From Chromatiales bacterium (GTDB taxonomy: Bacteria > Pseudomonadota > Gammaproteobacteria > Steroidobacterales > Woeseiaceae): a stretch of DNA of 64,000 bases. Of the stretch, positions 26,481 to 38,540 are shown piece after piece; within the stretch, counting starts at the first letter, position 1; each line of letters opens with the position of its first letter. Location: positions 12,917 to 76,916 of the forward strand of contig SHLT01000003.1 in the NCBI GenBank assembly GCA_004282875.1, written 5' to 3'. The notes under the pieces were generated by a model. The model was not told the DNA's origin, searched no databases, and worked only from the letters and a program-made list of their open reading frames with translations. A program made the translations under genes and the position numbers.

Positions 26481-28703
26481 ATGAGCGTGCCCCCAGCCAT
26501 GGTTGAAGAAATGAGTAGCGACGAGAGCCGGCGTACCGGTGCCCTGACGGTTTCCCCTGTTTTCTCACAGTTTATTGAAGATGAGCTGCTGCCCGCGATC
26601 GGCGTCGATCCCGAGGTCTTCTGGCCGGGTGTCACGTCGATCATCGCGGACCTGACGCCGCTCAACCGGGCGCTCCTCGAGAAGCGCGATGAGATTCAGC
26701 GAGCGATCGACGAATGGCACGTCGCCAGGCGAGGAGACGCCTGGAACAAGGATGAGTACACCGAATTTCTCAAGGGCCTCGGCTACCTCGTGCCCGAGGG
26801 CGACACGTTCAGCGTCGAAACCGAGAATGTGGATCCGGAGATTGCCGAGATAGCCGGACCGCAACTCGTCGTTCCCGTTTCCAATGCCCGGTTTGCGATC
26901 AATGCAGCGAACGCGCGGTGGGGAAGCCTGTACGACGCGTTATACGGTACGGACGCGATCAGCGAGGAAAACGGCCAGGAGCGCGCCGGCAGGTACAACC
27001 CGACGCGCGGCGCCGCCGTAATTCGCTACGCGACCGCGTTCCTCGATGCCACCTTGCCGCTGGATGGTGTCAGCCATGCGGACGTCAACGCTTATGGCCT
27101 CGATCATCCCGACGCGGGTAACGTCTTCGTTGCGTCGCTGGCTAACGGCGACACGGTCGGCCTCGTCGACCCGCCGCAATTTGCAGGACACCAGGGCGAC
27201 GGCAAGCGGTGCGCGTACTTGTTCAGGAACAACGGCTTGCACATCGAGATGCTTGTCGATCCGGCGCACCCGATAGGCAAGGACGCAACAGCGAATCTCG
27301 CAGATGTCGTCCTCGAATCGGCGATATCGACGATCCAGGATTGCGAAGACTCGGTTGCCGCTGTCGACGCCGAAGACAAGGTCGGCGTTTATCGGAACTG
27401 GTTGGGCCTGATGCAGGCAGACCTCGCGGCGACCTTCGACAAAGGCGGCAAGATGATGACGCGGTCGCTGGAGCCGGATCGTGTGTATGTCGACCCGCAG
27501 GGTGAGACCTTTGCATTGTCCGGCCGCAGCCTGATGCTCGTGCGCAATGTTGGTCACCTGATGACCACTGACGCGGTTCTCGATGCCGACGGCAACGAGG
27601 TGTTCGAGGGCATTCTCGACGCCGTTGTGACCACGGCGTGCGCCATGACGGACCGTCGCCGTGAGGGTATGCAGCCGAACAGCCGCACCGGCAGCATTTA
27701 CATCGTCAAACCCAAGATGCACGGACCGCATGAAGTCGCCTTTACCGAAACCCTGTTCGACCGGGTTGAGCAGCTCTTTAAACTCAAGCCGAACACGATC
27801 AAGGTCGGCGTCATGGACGAAGAACGGCGCACGACGGTCAATCTCGCCGAGTGTATCCGCGCGGTACGCAAGCGCATCGTATTCATCAATACGGGTTTCC
27901 TCGATCGTACCGGCGACGAGATTCACACCAGCATGCAGGCCGGTACGGTCCTGCGCAAAGAGGCGATCAAGCAGGAGCCCTGGATCCTCGCGTACGAAGA
28001 TTGGAACGTCGACGTCGGTATTGCCTGCGGGCTGCCGGGCAGGGCGCAAATCGGCAAAGGCATGTGGGCAATGCCGGACGAGATGAAGCAGATGCTTGAT
28101 ACCAAGCAGGCACATCCGGAGGCTGGTGCCAGCTGTGCGTGGGTACCGTCGCCCACCGCCGCAACGCTGCATGCAATGCACTATCACGCAGTCGATGTGC
28201 GCGCCCGCCAGGAAGCACTGGCGAAACGGGAGATGGCGAGCCTCGACGATATTCTTACGCCGCCGCTAAGCGATGTCAGCGGGCTGACCGATGACGAAGT
28301 CCAGGCGGAGCTCGACAACAATGCGCAGGGCATCCTCGGCTATGTTGTACGCTGGATTAATAACGGCGTCGGCTGTTCCAAGGTGCCGGACATCAAGGAT
28401 GTGGGCTTAATGGAAGACCGTGCGACGCTGCGCATTTCGAGTCAGCACATGGCGAACTGGCTGCTGCACGGTGTTGTCACGAAACAGCAGGTCCTCGATA
28501 CCTTTACACGCATGGCGAAAGTCGTCGACAGGCAGAATGAGGGTGATGCATCATACGAACGCATGAGTGACGATTATGCTTCAAGCCTCGCTTTCCAGGC
28601 CGCGTGTGCGCTGGTGTTCGAGGGCTGCAATCAGCCCAGCGGATATACCGAACCCCTGTTGCACCAGTTCCGTCGGCAAAAGAAAGCGGAGCTTGCTGGC
28701 TGA
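26481..28703 (+). CDS. glcB: malate synthase G
   Basis: 740 aa with AGGAGG 3-8 nt upstream. The N-terminus ([34 protein letters not shown]) closely parallels E. coli GlcB as I remember it. Confidence 0.95.
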   Translation: MSVPPAMVEEMSSDESRRTGALTVSPVFSQFIEDELLPAIGVDPEVFWPGVTSIIADLTPLNRALLEKRDEIQRAIDEWHVARRGDAWNKDEYTEFLKGLGYLVPEGDTFSVETENVDPEIAEIAGPQLVVPVSNARFAINAANARWGSLYDALYGTDAISEENGQERAGRYNPTRGAAVIRYATAFLDATLPLDGVSHADVNAYGLDHPDAGNVFVASLANGDTVGLVDPPQFAGHQGDGKRCAYLFRNNGLHIEMLVDPAHPIGKDATANLADVVLESAISTIQDCEDSVAAVDAEDKVGVYRNWLGLMQADLAATFDKGGKMMTRSLEPDRVYVDPQGETFALSGRSLMLVRNVGHLMTTDAVLDADGNEVFEGILDAVVTTACAMTDRRREGMQPNSRTGSIYIVKPKMHGPHEVAFTETLFDRVEQLFKLKPNTIKVGVMDEERRTTVNLAECIRAVRKRIVFINTGFLDRTGDEIHTSMQAGTVLRKEAIKQEPWILAYEDWNVDVGIACGLPGRAQIGKGMWAMPDEMKQMLDTKQAHPEAGASCAWVPSPTAATLHAMHYHAVDVRARQEALAKREMASLDDILTPPLSDVSGLTDDEVQAELDNNAQGILGYVVRWINNGVGCSKVPDIKDVGLMEDRATLRISSQHMANWLLHGVVTKQQVLDTFTRMAKVVDRQNEGDASYERMSDDYASSLAFQAACALVFEGCNQPSGYTEPLLHQFRRQKKAELAG

Positions 28704-28715
28704 CACGAGTCTTCC

Positions 28716-29444
28716 GTGCGAGCTCGCGCGTTTCTGATTCTGCTGCTCCTCGCAAGTGGGGCTGAAGCGCAGGAGAGGATTCAGGTCGCCGTATCCAGCA
28801 ACTTCGTGCTGACCTTCACCGAGATCGCAATGGCGTTCGAGGAGAGCACCGGTATTCTTGCCTTGGCGCGCAGCGGCTCAACCGGCCAGCTGTATGCGCA
28901 GATTTCGAACGGGGCGCCGTTCGATGTCTATATTGCGGCGGACGACGAGCGCCCCGCAGCGCTTGAGCATTCCGGGTATGGCGTAAAAGGCACGCGGTTC
29001 ACCTATGCGCTGGGCAGACTGGTCGTCTGGTCACGAAAAGCCGACGACTGCCTCGCTGTTCTGCACGATCCGTCTGCAGGCTACATTGCCCTGGCGAATC
29101 CCGACCTCGCGCCTTATGGGGCTGCGGCAAGAGACTTCCTGGTTTCGATCGGGGCCTGGCATGCAGAGCGCATCGTGCTTGGCATGAATGCGATGCAGGC
29201 GCGCTCCTTTGCTGTGACCGGCAACGCGGTGGCTGCCGTCATGCCATACGCGCAGCTAACCGGGCTGGCCAGGACCAACAGCCGCTGCGTCTATGAAGTA
29301 CCTGCCGACGCGCACCGTCCGATCCGGCAACAGGCCATTCTGCTGGATGAGAAGAATGTGAGCGCGCAGCGATTTCTCGCGTACCTGAAGTCAGACGAAG
29401 CCCGCGAGATCATTCGGCAGTACGGCTACGAGGTTCCGGAGTGA
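28716..29444 (+). CDS. modA: molybdate ABC transporter substrate-binding protein
   Basis: GTG start 12 nt after the glcB stop. Signal peptide. ~240-aa periplasmic-binding fold, followed by modB and modC with 4-nt overlaps. Confidence 0.8.
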   Translation: MRARAFLILLLLASGAEAQERIQVAVSSNFVLTFTEIAMAFEESTGILALARSGSTGQLYAQISNGAPFDVYIAADDERPAALEHSGYGVKGTRFTYALGRLVVWSRKADDCLAVLHDPSAGYIALANPDLAPYGAAARDFLVSIGAWHAERIVLGMNAMQARSFAVTGNAVAAVMPYAQLTGLARTNSRCVYEVPADAHRPIRQQAILLDEKNVSAQRFLAYLKSDEAREIIRQYGYEVPE

Positions 29445-30106
29445 ACCTGTACGGGCCCTTGTGGCTGTCGGCGCAGCTCGCCTTCGTTACGACGATAATT
29501 CTCGTCATTGTCGGGGCCCCGGTGGCCTGGTGGCTGGCGCGAACCTCATCGCAGGCGAAGCCGGCCGTTCAGGCCGTGGTCGCGATGCCCATCGTGTTGC
29601 CCCCGACGGTACTGGGCTTCTACCTGCTTATCCTGCTCGGGCCCAATGGCGCTGTCGGGAGCTGGTGGGTTCAGATCACCGGCAGTGCCCTGACGTTTTC
29701 GTTCACGGGCCTCGTCATTGCTTCATGTATCTACAGCCTGCCATTCGCCGTGCAGCCGATGCAGAACGCGTTCGAGTCCCTGCCGAAAAGTTATCTCGAA
29801 CGTGCATGGACGCTTGGTGCTTCGCGTCTTGACGCGTTCTTCTCGGTCGCCGTGCCGCTATCGGCGCGAGGCTTCGTCAGCGGCATCGTCCTCAGTTTCG
29901 CGCACACCCTCGGCGAGTTTGGCGTTGTGCTCATGGTCGGCGGCAACATTCCGGGCGAGACGCGCGTGGTATCGATCGCCATCTACGATCACGTCGAGAC
30001 CTTGAACTACGCGGCCGCGCATCGAATGTCGCTGGTGCTGGTCGCGTTTGCATTTATCGTTCTTGCGACGATGTTCGTGATCAACCGCCGCTGGAGTGAG
30101 CGATGA
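29441..30106 (+). CDS. modB: molybdate ABC transporter permease
   Basis: 221 aa, five TM helices. EAA-like loop (ERAWTLGASRLDAFFSVAVP). Confidence 0.88.
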   Translation: MNLYGPLWLSAQLAFVTTIILVIVGAPVAWWLARTSSQAKPAVQAVVAMPIVLPPTVLGFYLLILLGPNGAVGSWWVQITGSALTFSFTGLVIASCIYSLPFAVQPMQNAFESLPKSYLERAWTLGASRLDAFFSVAVPLSARGFVSGIVLSFAHTLGEFGVVLMVGGNIPGETRVVSIAIYDHVETLNYAAAHRMSLVLVAFAFIVLATMFVINRRWSER

Positions 30107-31107
30107 TTCACCTCCGGCACCGATTACCGAAGGGCGACTTCGTGCTCGACGTGGATGTCGAGGTGCCGGATACCGGCATTACCGGCATATTCGGCGAGTC
30201 GGGATCGGGCAAGACGACGCTGCTACGGTGTATCGCCGGGCTGGAAGGGGATGACGGTCTTCCGGTCCACAAGCGCAATGTCGGCTACGTGTTCCAGGAG
30301 CCCGGCCTGTTCCCGCACCTGACCGTGCGCGGCAACATCGAGTTTGGCGAGCGGCGCGCTGCGACGCGCCGGGTCGAGAGCACGTCGGTCGTCGACATGC
30401 TCGGACTGGGCAATCTGCTGGACCGCCGGCCCAACACACTGTCCGGAGGCGAAGCTCAGCGTGTTGCGATCGCTGCGGCGTTGTTGCGCTCACCCGATCT
30501 TGTGCTCATGGACGAACCGCTGGCGTCACTCGACCGCCGGCGCAAGGACGAGCTGTTGCCTTACTTCGATCGCCTGCACGACGAGTTGTCCGTGCCCGTG
30601 ATCTACGTCAGTCATGATATCGAAGAGGTCAGCCGGCTCTGCGACCACCTCGTTTTGCTCGAAGGCGGCAAGGTCGCGGCCAGCGGCGACCTGGTCGACG
30701 TCTTGTCGCGTGTCGATGTGCCGGTACTGTCCGGGCGTAACGCCGGTGTGGTGCTCTGGGCCAACCCGGTCGATCAAGAGGACGGGCTGACCCGCTTTGA
30801 CTTCGGGGAGGGCGATATCTGGGCGCCGGGCGAGTTCGAGGCAGGCGGCAGTCCGCTGCGGCTCCGTATTGCCGCCAGTGACGTCAGCATTGCGCGGGAA
30901 ATGCCGGCCGCGACGACGATTCTCAACATCCTGCGGGCAACCATCGAAGAGGTGCATCCGGTGGATGCGGCGACGGCCCTGGTGCGACTCGGCGTCGGCA
31001 ACCAGTCCCTGCTCGCGCGGGTGACGAATCGCTCCGTGCAGCGTCTCGAACTGCGGCCCGGAGAGCGGGTTTTCGCCCAGGTCAAGTCGGTGACGGTCCG
31101 GCATTAG
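30103..31107 (+). CDS. modC: molybdenum ABC transporter ATP-binding protein
   Basis: Walker A GESGSGKTT, signature LSGGEAQRVAIA, Walker B LVLMDEPLASLD, and a C-terminal Mop/TOBE-like domain. Confidence 0.9.
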   Translation: MIHLRHRLPKGDFVLDVDVEVPDTGITGIFGESGSGKTTLLRCIAGLEGDDGLPVHKRNVGYVFQEPGLFPHLTVRGNIEFGERRAATRRVESTSVVDMLGLGNLLDRRPNTLSGGEAQRVAIAAALLRSPDLVLMDEPLASLDRRRKDELLPYFDRLHDELSVPVIYVSHDIEEVSRLCDHLVLLEGGKVAASGDLVDVLSRVDVPVLSGRNAGVVLWANPVDQEDGLTRFDFGEGDIWAPGEFEAGGSPLRLRIAASDVSIAREMPAATTILNILRATIEEVHPVDAATALVRLGVGNQSLLARVTNRSVQRLELRPGERVFAQVKSVTVRH

Positions 31108-31160
31108 GCCCCTCTGGCCGCACTATGTTCAATGGGCGGATCACATAACGCGATTCGCTT

Positions 31161-31203
31161 GTGTGAAATTCACACTGTCAAATTCTTTTTGTGAAATTAC
31201 TCA
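31161..31203. promoter_or_regulatory. candidate operator cluster upstream of isocitrate lyase
   Basis: Perfect 7-1-7 palindrome GTGTGAAATTCACAC (31161-31175) and TTGTGAAATTACTCA (31189-31203). Same TGTGAAATT core as upstream of glcB. Confidence 0.4.
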
Positions 31204-31277
31204 TTTGGGCCGCGTAAACTACGCGCAGCGGGTTTGAGCCAGCCCGAGAAATTGCCCTTTTATACGAGGATTTAGTC

Positions 31278-32873
31278 ATGTCTCAATACTTTGACGACAT
31301 TTCGGCAACTGCCGACCTGATAGCCAGCCGTGGCAGCGCCTGGGACGCTATCGACCCCGAAAGCGTGGCGCGCATGAAAGCGCAGAATCGCTTCCAGACG
31401 GGCCTGGATATTGCCAAGTACACGGCCAAGATCATGCGCGAGGATATGGCGCGTTACGATGCTGACCCGTCGCAGTACACCCAGTCGCTCGGTTGCTGGC
31501 ACGGCTTCATTGGCCAGCAGAAGATGATTTCGATCAAGAAACACTTCGGCAATACCGACCGGCGCTACCTGTATCTCTCCGGCTGGATGGTCGCGGCGCT
31601 GCGTTCCAAGTTTGGTCCGCTGCCCGATCAGTCCATGCACGAGAAGACGACTGTGCCCGAGCTCATCGAAGAGCTGTACACGTTCCTGCGCCAGGCTGAC
31701 GCGCGTGAACTCGGCCTTCTGTTCAGCGATCTGGACAAGGCCCGCAAGGAGGGCAATGCCGTCAGGGAACAGGAGATCAAGAACAAGATCGACAACTTCC
31801 AGACACACGTCGTGCCCATCATCGCGGACATCGACGCCGGCTTCGGCAACGCCGAGGCGACCTACCTGCTCGCGAAGAAGATGATCGAGGCAGGCGCATG
31901 TGCCCTGCAGATCGAGAACCAGGTTTCGGACGAGAAGCAGTGCGGCCACCAGGACGGCAAGGTCACGGTCCCGCACGAGGACTTCCTCGGGAAGATTCGC
32001 GCGCTGCGTTATGCATTCCTCGAGCTCGGTGTCGATGACGGCATTATCGTCGCACGTACCGACTCTCTTGGTGCCGGCCTGACGAAACAGATCGCGGTCA
32101 CGAAAGAACCGGGCGATCTCGGCGACCTGTACAACTCGTTCCTCGATTGCGACGAGGTAACACCCGAAGAGCTGAAGAATGGTGACGTTCTGATCAAGCG
32201 CGATGGCAAGTTCATGCATCCGAAGCGCTTGCCGAGCAACCTGTTCCAGTTCCGCCCGGGCACCGGCGAGGATCGCTGCGTGCTGGATTGCATTACATCA
32301 CTGCAAAACGGCGCAGACTTGCTCTGGATCGAAACCGAGAAGCCGCACATTGCGCAGATCGGTGGCATGGTTGACCGCATTCGCGAAGTCATTCCGAACG
32401 CCAAGCTCGTCTACAACAACAGCCCGTCATTCAACTGGACGCTCAACTTCCGCCAGCAGGTATTCGATGCCTGGCAGGAAGAGGGCAAGGACGTATCGGA
32501 ATACGATCGCGACAACCTGATGAGTGTCGAGTACGACGAGACCAAGTTGGGCCATGAGGCCGATGCCAAGATTCGGACCTTCCAGGCGGACGCCGCTCGC
32601 CAGGCAGGGATCTTCCACCACCTGATCACGCTGCCGACCTATCACACGGCTGCGCTGTCTACCGACACCCTGTCGAAGGAATACTTTGGCGATCTCGGCA
32701 TGCTGGGTTACGTACTGCATGTGCAGCGCGAGGAGATCCGCCACGGCATCGCCTGCGTCAAGCACCAGAACATGTCCGGGTCGGACATCGGCGACTCTCA
32801 CAAGGAGTACTTCTCCGGCGATGCAGCCCTGAAGGCAGCGGGTGAAGACAACACGATGAATCAGTTCTCCTGA
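31278..32873 (+). CDS. aceA: isocitrate lyase (long ~530-aa form)
   Basis: 531 aa with GAGGA RBS. Catalytic-loop motif in QVSDEKQCGHQDGKV (K-x-CGH). Resembles the Pseudomonas-type long ICL. Confidence 0.95.
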   Translation: MSQYFDDISATADLIASRGSAWDAIDPESVARMKAQNRFQTGLDIAKYTAKIMREDMARYDADPSQYTQSLGCWHGFIGQQKMISIKKHFGNTDRRYLYLSGWMVAALRSKFGPLPDQSMHEKTTVPELIEELYTFLRQADARELGLLFSDLDKARKEGNAVREQEIKNKIDNFQTHVVPIIADIDAGFGNAEATYLLAKKMIEAGACALQIENQVSDEKQCGHQDGKVTVPHEDFLGKIRALRYAFLELGVDDGIIVARTDSLGAGLTKQIAVTKEPGDLGDLYNSFLDCDEVTPEELKNGDVLIKRDGKFMHPKRLPSNLFQFRPGTGEDRCVLDCITSLQNGADLLWIETEKPHIAQIGGMVDRIREVIPNAKLVYNNSPSFNWTLNFRQQVFDAWQEEGKDVSEYDRDNLMSVEYDETKLGHEADAKIRTFQADAARQAGIFHHLITLPTYHTAALSTDTLSKEYFGDLGMLGYVLHVQREEIRHGIACVKHQNMSGSDIGDSHKEYFSGDAALKAAGEDNTMNQFS

Positions 32874-32894
32874 TAGCCTGATTCACAAGCAAGC

Positions 32895-32928
32895 AAAAGG
32901 GCGCAACCTGGTTGCGCCCTTTTTTTTG
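32895..32928 (+). terminator. intrinsic terminator after aceA
   Basis: AAAA-GGGCGCAA-cctgg-TTGCGCCC followed by eight T, about 25 nt after the stop. Confidence 0.8.
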
Positions 32929-33048
32929 CCAGTTCGCGTGCAAAAAGCAGGCTCGCCGGGTGATAAACTTACGGGCTGACCCCGGTGGCATAGCGACAAG
33001 AAGACCATCGGGCTTGGCGTGAAACCATATCTCCCAAAGGAAGGGCCA

Positions 33049-35205
<2,157 letters not shown>

Positions 35206-35223
35206 GCCGCGTAGAGACAGCCT

Positions 35224-35724
35224 ATGGATAAAGAGGAAAAACAAAGAAGTTACGAGCGGGCACAACAGCTGCTTGCGGAGCAGAATTTTGCGGGAGCTGT
35301 TATTGCCGGCGCCGTGGCCACGCTTCTGGGCGCTTTCCTCTACGGTGTCGTCGTTGCACGGATCGGTATTGCCTACGGGTTTGCGGCAGCGGGTGTCGGG
35401 ATTGTCATCGGACTGGCGATGCAGTACGTCGGGCGCGGGATCGATATGAAGTTCTCTATCGTCGCGACGGTGTATACGCTTATCGGCTGCGTTCTCGGCA
35501 ACTTCTTCGCCAACATAGGGCTGACGCCAGGCCATATGGATGCCGCCGTTGACGTTCTCCGGCGCAGCTCCCTCCCGGAACTCGCAGAGCGGGCCGTGTC
35601 GGGCCTCTCCGGCACCCATTTCGTCTTCTGGTTTGTTGCTGTGTTTGCGGGCGTGTTTTTCGCCAGGAGAGCATTGTCTCGCGCGGACAGATTGGCCCTC
35701 GGCGTGCTCGAGCTGAGAGAATAG
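35224..35724 (+). CDS. hypothetical membrane protein
   Basis: 166 aa, four predicted TM helices, Gly/Ala-rich. No family recognised. Confidence 0.5.
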   Translation: MDKEEKQRSYERAQQLLAEQNFAGAVIAGAVATLLGAFLYGVVVARIGIAYGFAAAGVGIVIGLAMQYVGRGIDMKFSIVATVYTLIGCVLGNFFANIGLTPGHMDAAVDVLRRSSLPELAERAVSGLSGTHFVFWFVAVFAGVFFARRALSRADRLALGVLELRE

Positions 35725-35733
35725 TAGACGAGA

Positions 35734-36660
35734 ATGACACCGCATGCCGTTTACTCGTATGGCGTGGTCTCCTCGAGCACGCTATACCGCGTTCGCGGTG
35801 CTTTTCCCGCAGCCGAAGGCTATGCGGAAATCGAGGAGGTCCAGTACATGACGGGTGGCGAGGCCACCAACTCCTCTATTGTCCTCGCCCGCCTGGGCGT
35901 ACCCGTGAAGCTCGACGGGAACTGGCTTGGCGCCGACAAGAACGGACAGCGCACGAAGGCCCTGTTGTCCAGTTACCAGGTTGATACAACGCGGTTACCT
36001 CTCAGGGAGGGTATCAACGGTGTACAGGAAGTGGTGTTCGCCGCGGAGGATACTCGAACCGTCTTCGGCACCTATGGCCACCTGCTGGAAGAGGCTGCCT
36101 GGAACATGCCCCATGAAAGCGACATTACCCGGGCAAAAGTCGTCTGCCTCGATCCGTTTTTTTCGCGGCCCGCGGCGCTGGTTGCCCAGATCGCTTTCGA
36201 TGCAGGCATTCCGGTAGTCACGGTCGACTGTCAGTACGACGATCCGCTTCTTCGGCATGCATCCGCGGTGGTGATCTCAGAATCCTTTATCAGGGAAAAC
36301 TACGCGGTTCGCGACGCCGAAAATGTATTCAGGAATTACCAGGCGGCGACCAGCGGTCTGACGATATTCACGTTTGGCGACGCCATGATCTGGTACGCAA
36401 AACCGGGCGAACTGGTCAGGCGTTTTAAGCCTTACTCGATAGATCCCGTGGACACCACCGGTGGTGGCGACGCCTTCCGCGCGGGCATCGTCTACGGCTT
36501 TCTGCAGGGCTGGGACGAGGTCAGGATGATCGACTTTGCCTCGGCCGTTGCGGCCATCGTTTGCACCCGGTTTCCCGGCGTAATGATCGCGCCAACGCTG
36601 GATGAGGTTTCTGACTTCATGAGCGCAGCTCGGCGGCCAGGAAATCAAACACCATCCTGA
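35734..36660 (+). CDS. PfkB-family carbohydrate/nucleoside kinase
   Basis: GGEATNSS near the N-terminus and the PfkB signature DTTGGGDAFRAG near the C-terminus. Confidence 0.75.
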   Translation: MTPHAVYSYGVVSSSTLYRVRGAFPAAEGYAEIEEVQYMTGGEATNSSIVLARLGVPVKLDGNWLGADKNGQRTKALLSSYQVDTTRLPLREGINGVQEVVFAAEDTRTVFGTYGHLLEEAAWNMPHESDITRAKVVCLDPFFSRPAALVAQIAFDAGIPVVTVDCQYDDPLLRHASAVVISESFIRENYAVRDAENVFRNYQAATSGLTIFTFGDAMIWYAKPGELVRRFKPYSIDPVDTTGGGDAFRAGIVYGFLQGWDEVRMIDFASAVAAIVCTRFPGVMIAPTLDEVSDFMSAARRPGNQTPS

Positions 36661-37504
36661 CGCGCCGACTGGTTTTCAACTCCCGATGGGCAACAAGCCA
36701 GACTTCTACCGGGAACGGGTTAAGGCTTGGTAACGCACGCTCGACCCTGGGTTCGGCATCGCCGATGTCCTCCGCCATAAACCCAATGCCCAGTCCGTGC
36801 TTCACCAGCTCCCACTGCACAAGATGGTTTTCCGTTACGACAGGGAAGTTGCGCAGGGTCAGCGGAATACCACGCTCGTTGAAGGCATCGATGAGCAGGT
36901 TGGTCCGGTCAAATCCGAAAAAGTCGGCGCGGCTGAGGTCTTCGGGCGATGTCGGTTTGCCAATACGTCGCAGATAGTCTGAGGAGGCATAGGGATGGAA
37001 GTTTGCACCACGCACTCGCTTTGCAATGAGATCGGGTTGGGTTGGGCGAAACGCGCGCACGGCGATATCCGCCTCTCTGCGCTTCAGGTCGCTGGTACTG
37101 TTCGATGCGATGAGCTCGATTTCGATGCCAGGCTCCAGTTGCCGAAGCTTACCCAGGATCGGCGGCAGGACAAATGCTGCGGTAACCTCTGTTGCCGTGA
37201 TGCAGATACTTCCCTCGATGGATGTCGATTGACCTGAGGCCGTCAGTGAAAAGCGGCTTGCCGCGTCTCCCATGGCACGCACGTGCTCAAGCAGGTCCAG
37301 TCCGCTCGGCGTGAGCTCCAGTCCCCGGCCGCCGCGCTCGAACAACGCCACGCCCAACTCTGTTTCAAGCGCGCTAACCTGGCGCCCCAGTGTTGGCTGC
37401 GTCATTCCCAGGGCTCGTGCGGCGGCTGACAGGGACCCTTCCTCGGCAGTAATGAGAAAGGCCCTCGCGCGGTTCCAGTCAAACTCTACTGATCGCCAAT
37501 CCAT
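36617..37504 (-). CDS. LysR-family transcriptional regulator
   Basis: N-terminal wHTH FDWNRARAFLITAEEGSLSAAARALGMTQPTLGRQVSALE. 295 aa. The 3' end overlaps the convergent kinase gene by 44 nt. Confidence 0.9.
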   Translation of the reverse strand: MDWRSVEFDWNRARAFLITAEEGSLSAAARALGMTQPTLGRQVSALETELGVALFERGGRGLELTPSGLDLLEHVRAMGDAASRFSLTASGQSTSIEGSICITATEVTAAFVLPPILGKLRQLEPGIEIELIASNSTSDLKRREADIAVRAFRPTQPDLIAKRVRGANFHPYASSDYLRRIGKPTSPEDLSRADFFGFDRTNLLIDAFNERGIPLTLRNFPVVTENHLVQWELVKHGLGIGFMAEDIGDAEPRVERALPSLNPFPVEVWLVAHRELKTSRRVRMVFDFLAAELRS

Positions 37505-37610
37505 GCAAATATGTCTATCTGAGATACGATATTCAGCATTCTATATTAATTTTTGCATGGCTATGATGCCGTTCCTGGTTAAACACCACCACTCATAAAG
37601 AGGAACAAGC

Positions 37611-37877
37611 ATGATTTGCCAGATTTTTGGCCGCCGACTCTGGGACGTGTGGCAGGCCCTGTCGACTCCCTTGCAGGGGCCGAGCGTTGCAGTGAGGATA
37701 CTCGCTGACAGCATCGGCGCTGTCCTGATATTGATACCTGCCGAAGCGGCATGGCCCAATTCGAGTATCGCCGACTCACTAACTTCTGCAGCTGTCCTTG
37801 ACTGGGTCAAGGCGGCAGTAGGCCTCGTATTCATTCTATGGCGCCATCTAGGCACGGCAAAAGGAGGCCGGACATGA
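37611..37877 (+). CDS. small two-helix membrane protein (hypothetical)
   Basis: 88-aa ORF with AGAGGA 7 nt upstream. Its stop overlaps the next gene's ATG (ATGA at 37874-37877), which argues for translational coupling. Confidence 0.4.
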   Translation: MICQIFGRRLWDVWQALSTPLQGPSVAVRILADSIGAVLILIPAEAAWPNSSIADSLTSAAVLDWVKAAVGLVFILWRHLGTAKGGRT

Positions 37878-38506
37878 CTCATTCACCTGTTTTCTGGGAC
37901 AAGGTAGCAGCGCGTTACTCGAAGAAGCCGATCACTGACGAAGCGGCTTATCAGGAAAAGCTGCGGGTGACCCGCGAGTACCTTCGGCCCGACATGGAGA
38001 TGCTGGAAATCGGGTGCGGCACGGGATCCACTGCGATAGCGCACGCGCCGTTCGTCAAGCACGTCCACGCAACCGACATTTCATCGAACATGATTGAGAT
38101 CGCCGAGGATAAAGCCGCCGCGGCAGGAGTCAGCAACCTTACGTTCGACGTGTCCTGTATTGATGACCTCGACGTGCCCGACAAGTCGCTGGATGCTGTC
38201 CTGGCGCTCAGTGTTTTGCATCTGCTGCAGGACAGGGATGAGGCGATCGCGAAAGTTCACGCGATGCTTAAGGATGGAGGCGTCATCATCACCAGCACCG
38301 TATGCATCGGCGACACGATGAAGTTCTTCAAGTTCATCGGGCCTGTCGGCAGGTTTCTTGGCGTCATGCCTTTGGTCCGGGTGTTCACGGTGCAGGAACT
38401 GGTGGACAGCCTGATCGAAGCTGGTTTTGCGATCGACTACCAGTGGCAGCCGGGCCGCGGCAAAGCGGTGTTCATCGTGGCGCGGAAAGCGGGCCCGGCG
38501 CGGTAA
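37874..38506 (+). CDS. class I SAM-dependent methyltransferase
   Basis: Motif I MLEIGCGTGST. ~210 aa. ATG 37874 is preferred over the upstream extension at 37838. Confidence 0.8.
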   Translation: MTHSPVFWDKVAARYSKKPITDEAAYQEKLRVTREYLRPDMEMLEIGCGTGSTAIAHAPFVKHVHATDISSNMIEIAEDKAAAAGVSNLTFDVSCIDDLDVPDKSLDAVLALSVLHLLQDRDEAIAKVHAMLKDGGVIITSTVCIGDTMKFFKFIGPVGRFLGVMPLVRVFTVQELVDSLIEAGFAIDYQWQPGRGKAVFIVARKAGPAR

Positions 38507-38540
38507 GACGCCCACCTGGCTGAAGGCTCGAAAACGGAGC

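Noticed and set aside
26940-28187. 415-aa minus-strand ORF inside glcB
   Set aside because: It is antisense to an unmistakable malate synthase G. The composition is Arg-rich and nonsense-like. High-GC shadow ORF.
31161-31175. CRP/FNR-type site (TGTGA...TCACA)
   Set aside because: The half-sites are separated by 3 nt (TGTGA-AAT-TCACA), not the 6 nt of CRP-family sites. I treat it as a different operator type.
31272-32219. 315-aa minus-strand ORF inside aceA
   Set aside because: It is antisense to isocitrate lyase and has no motifs. Shadow ORF.
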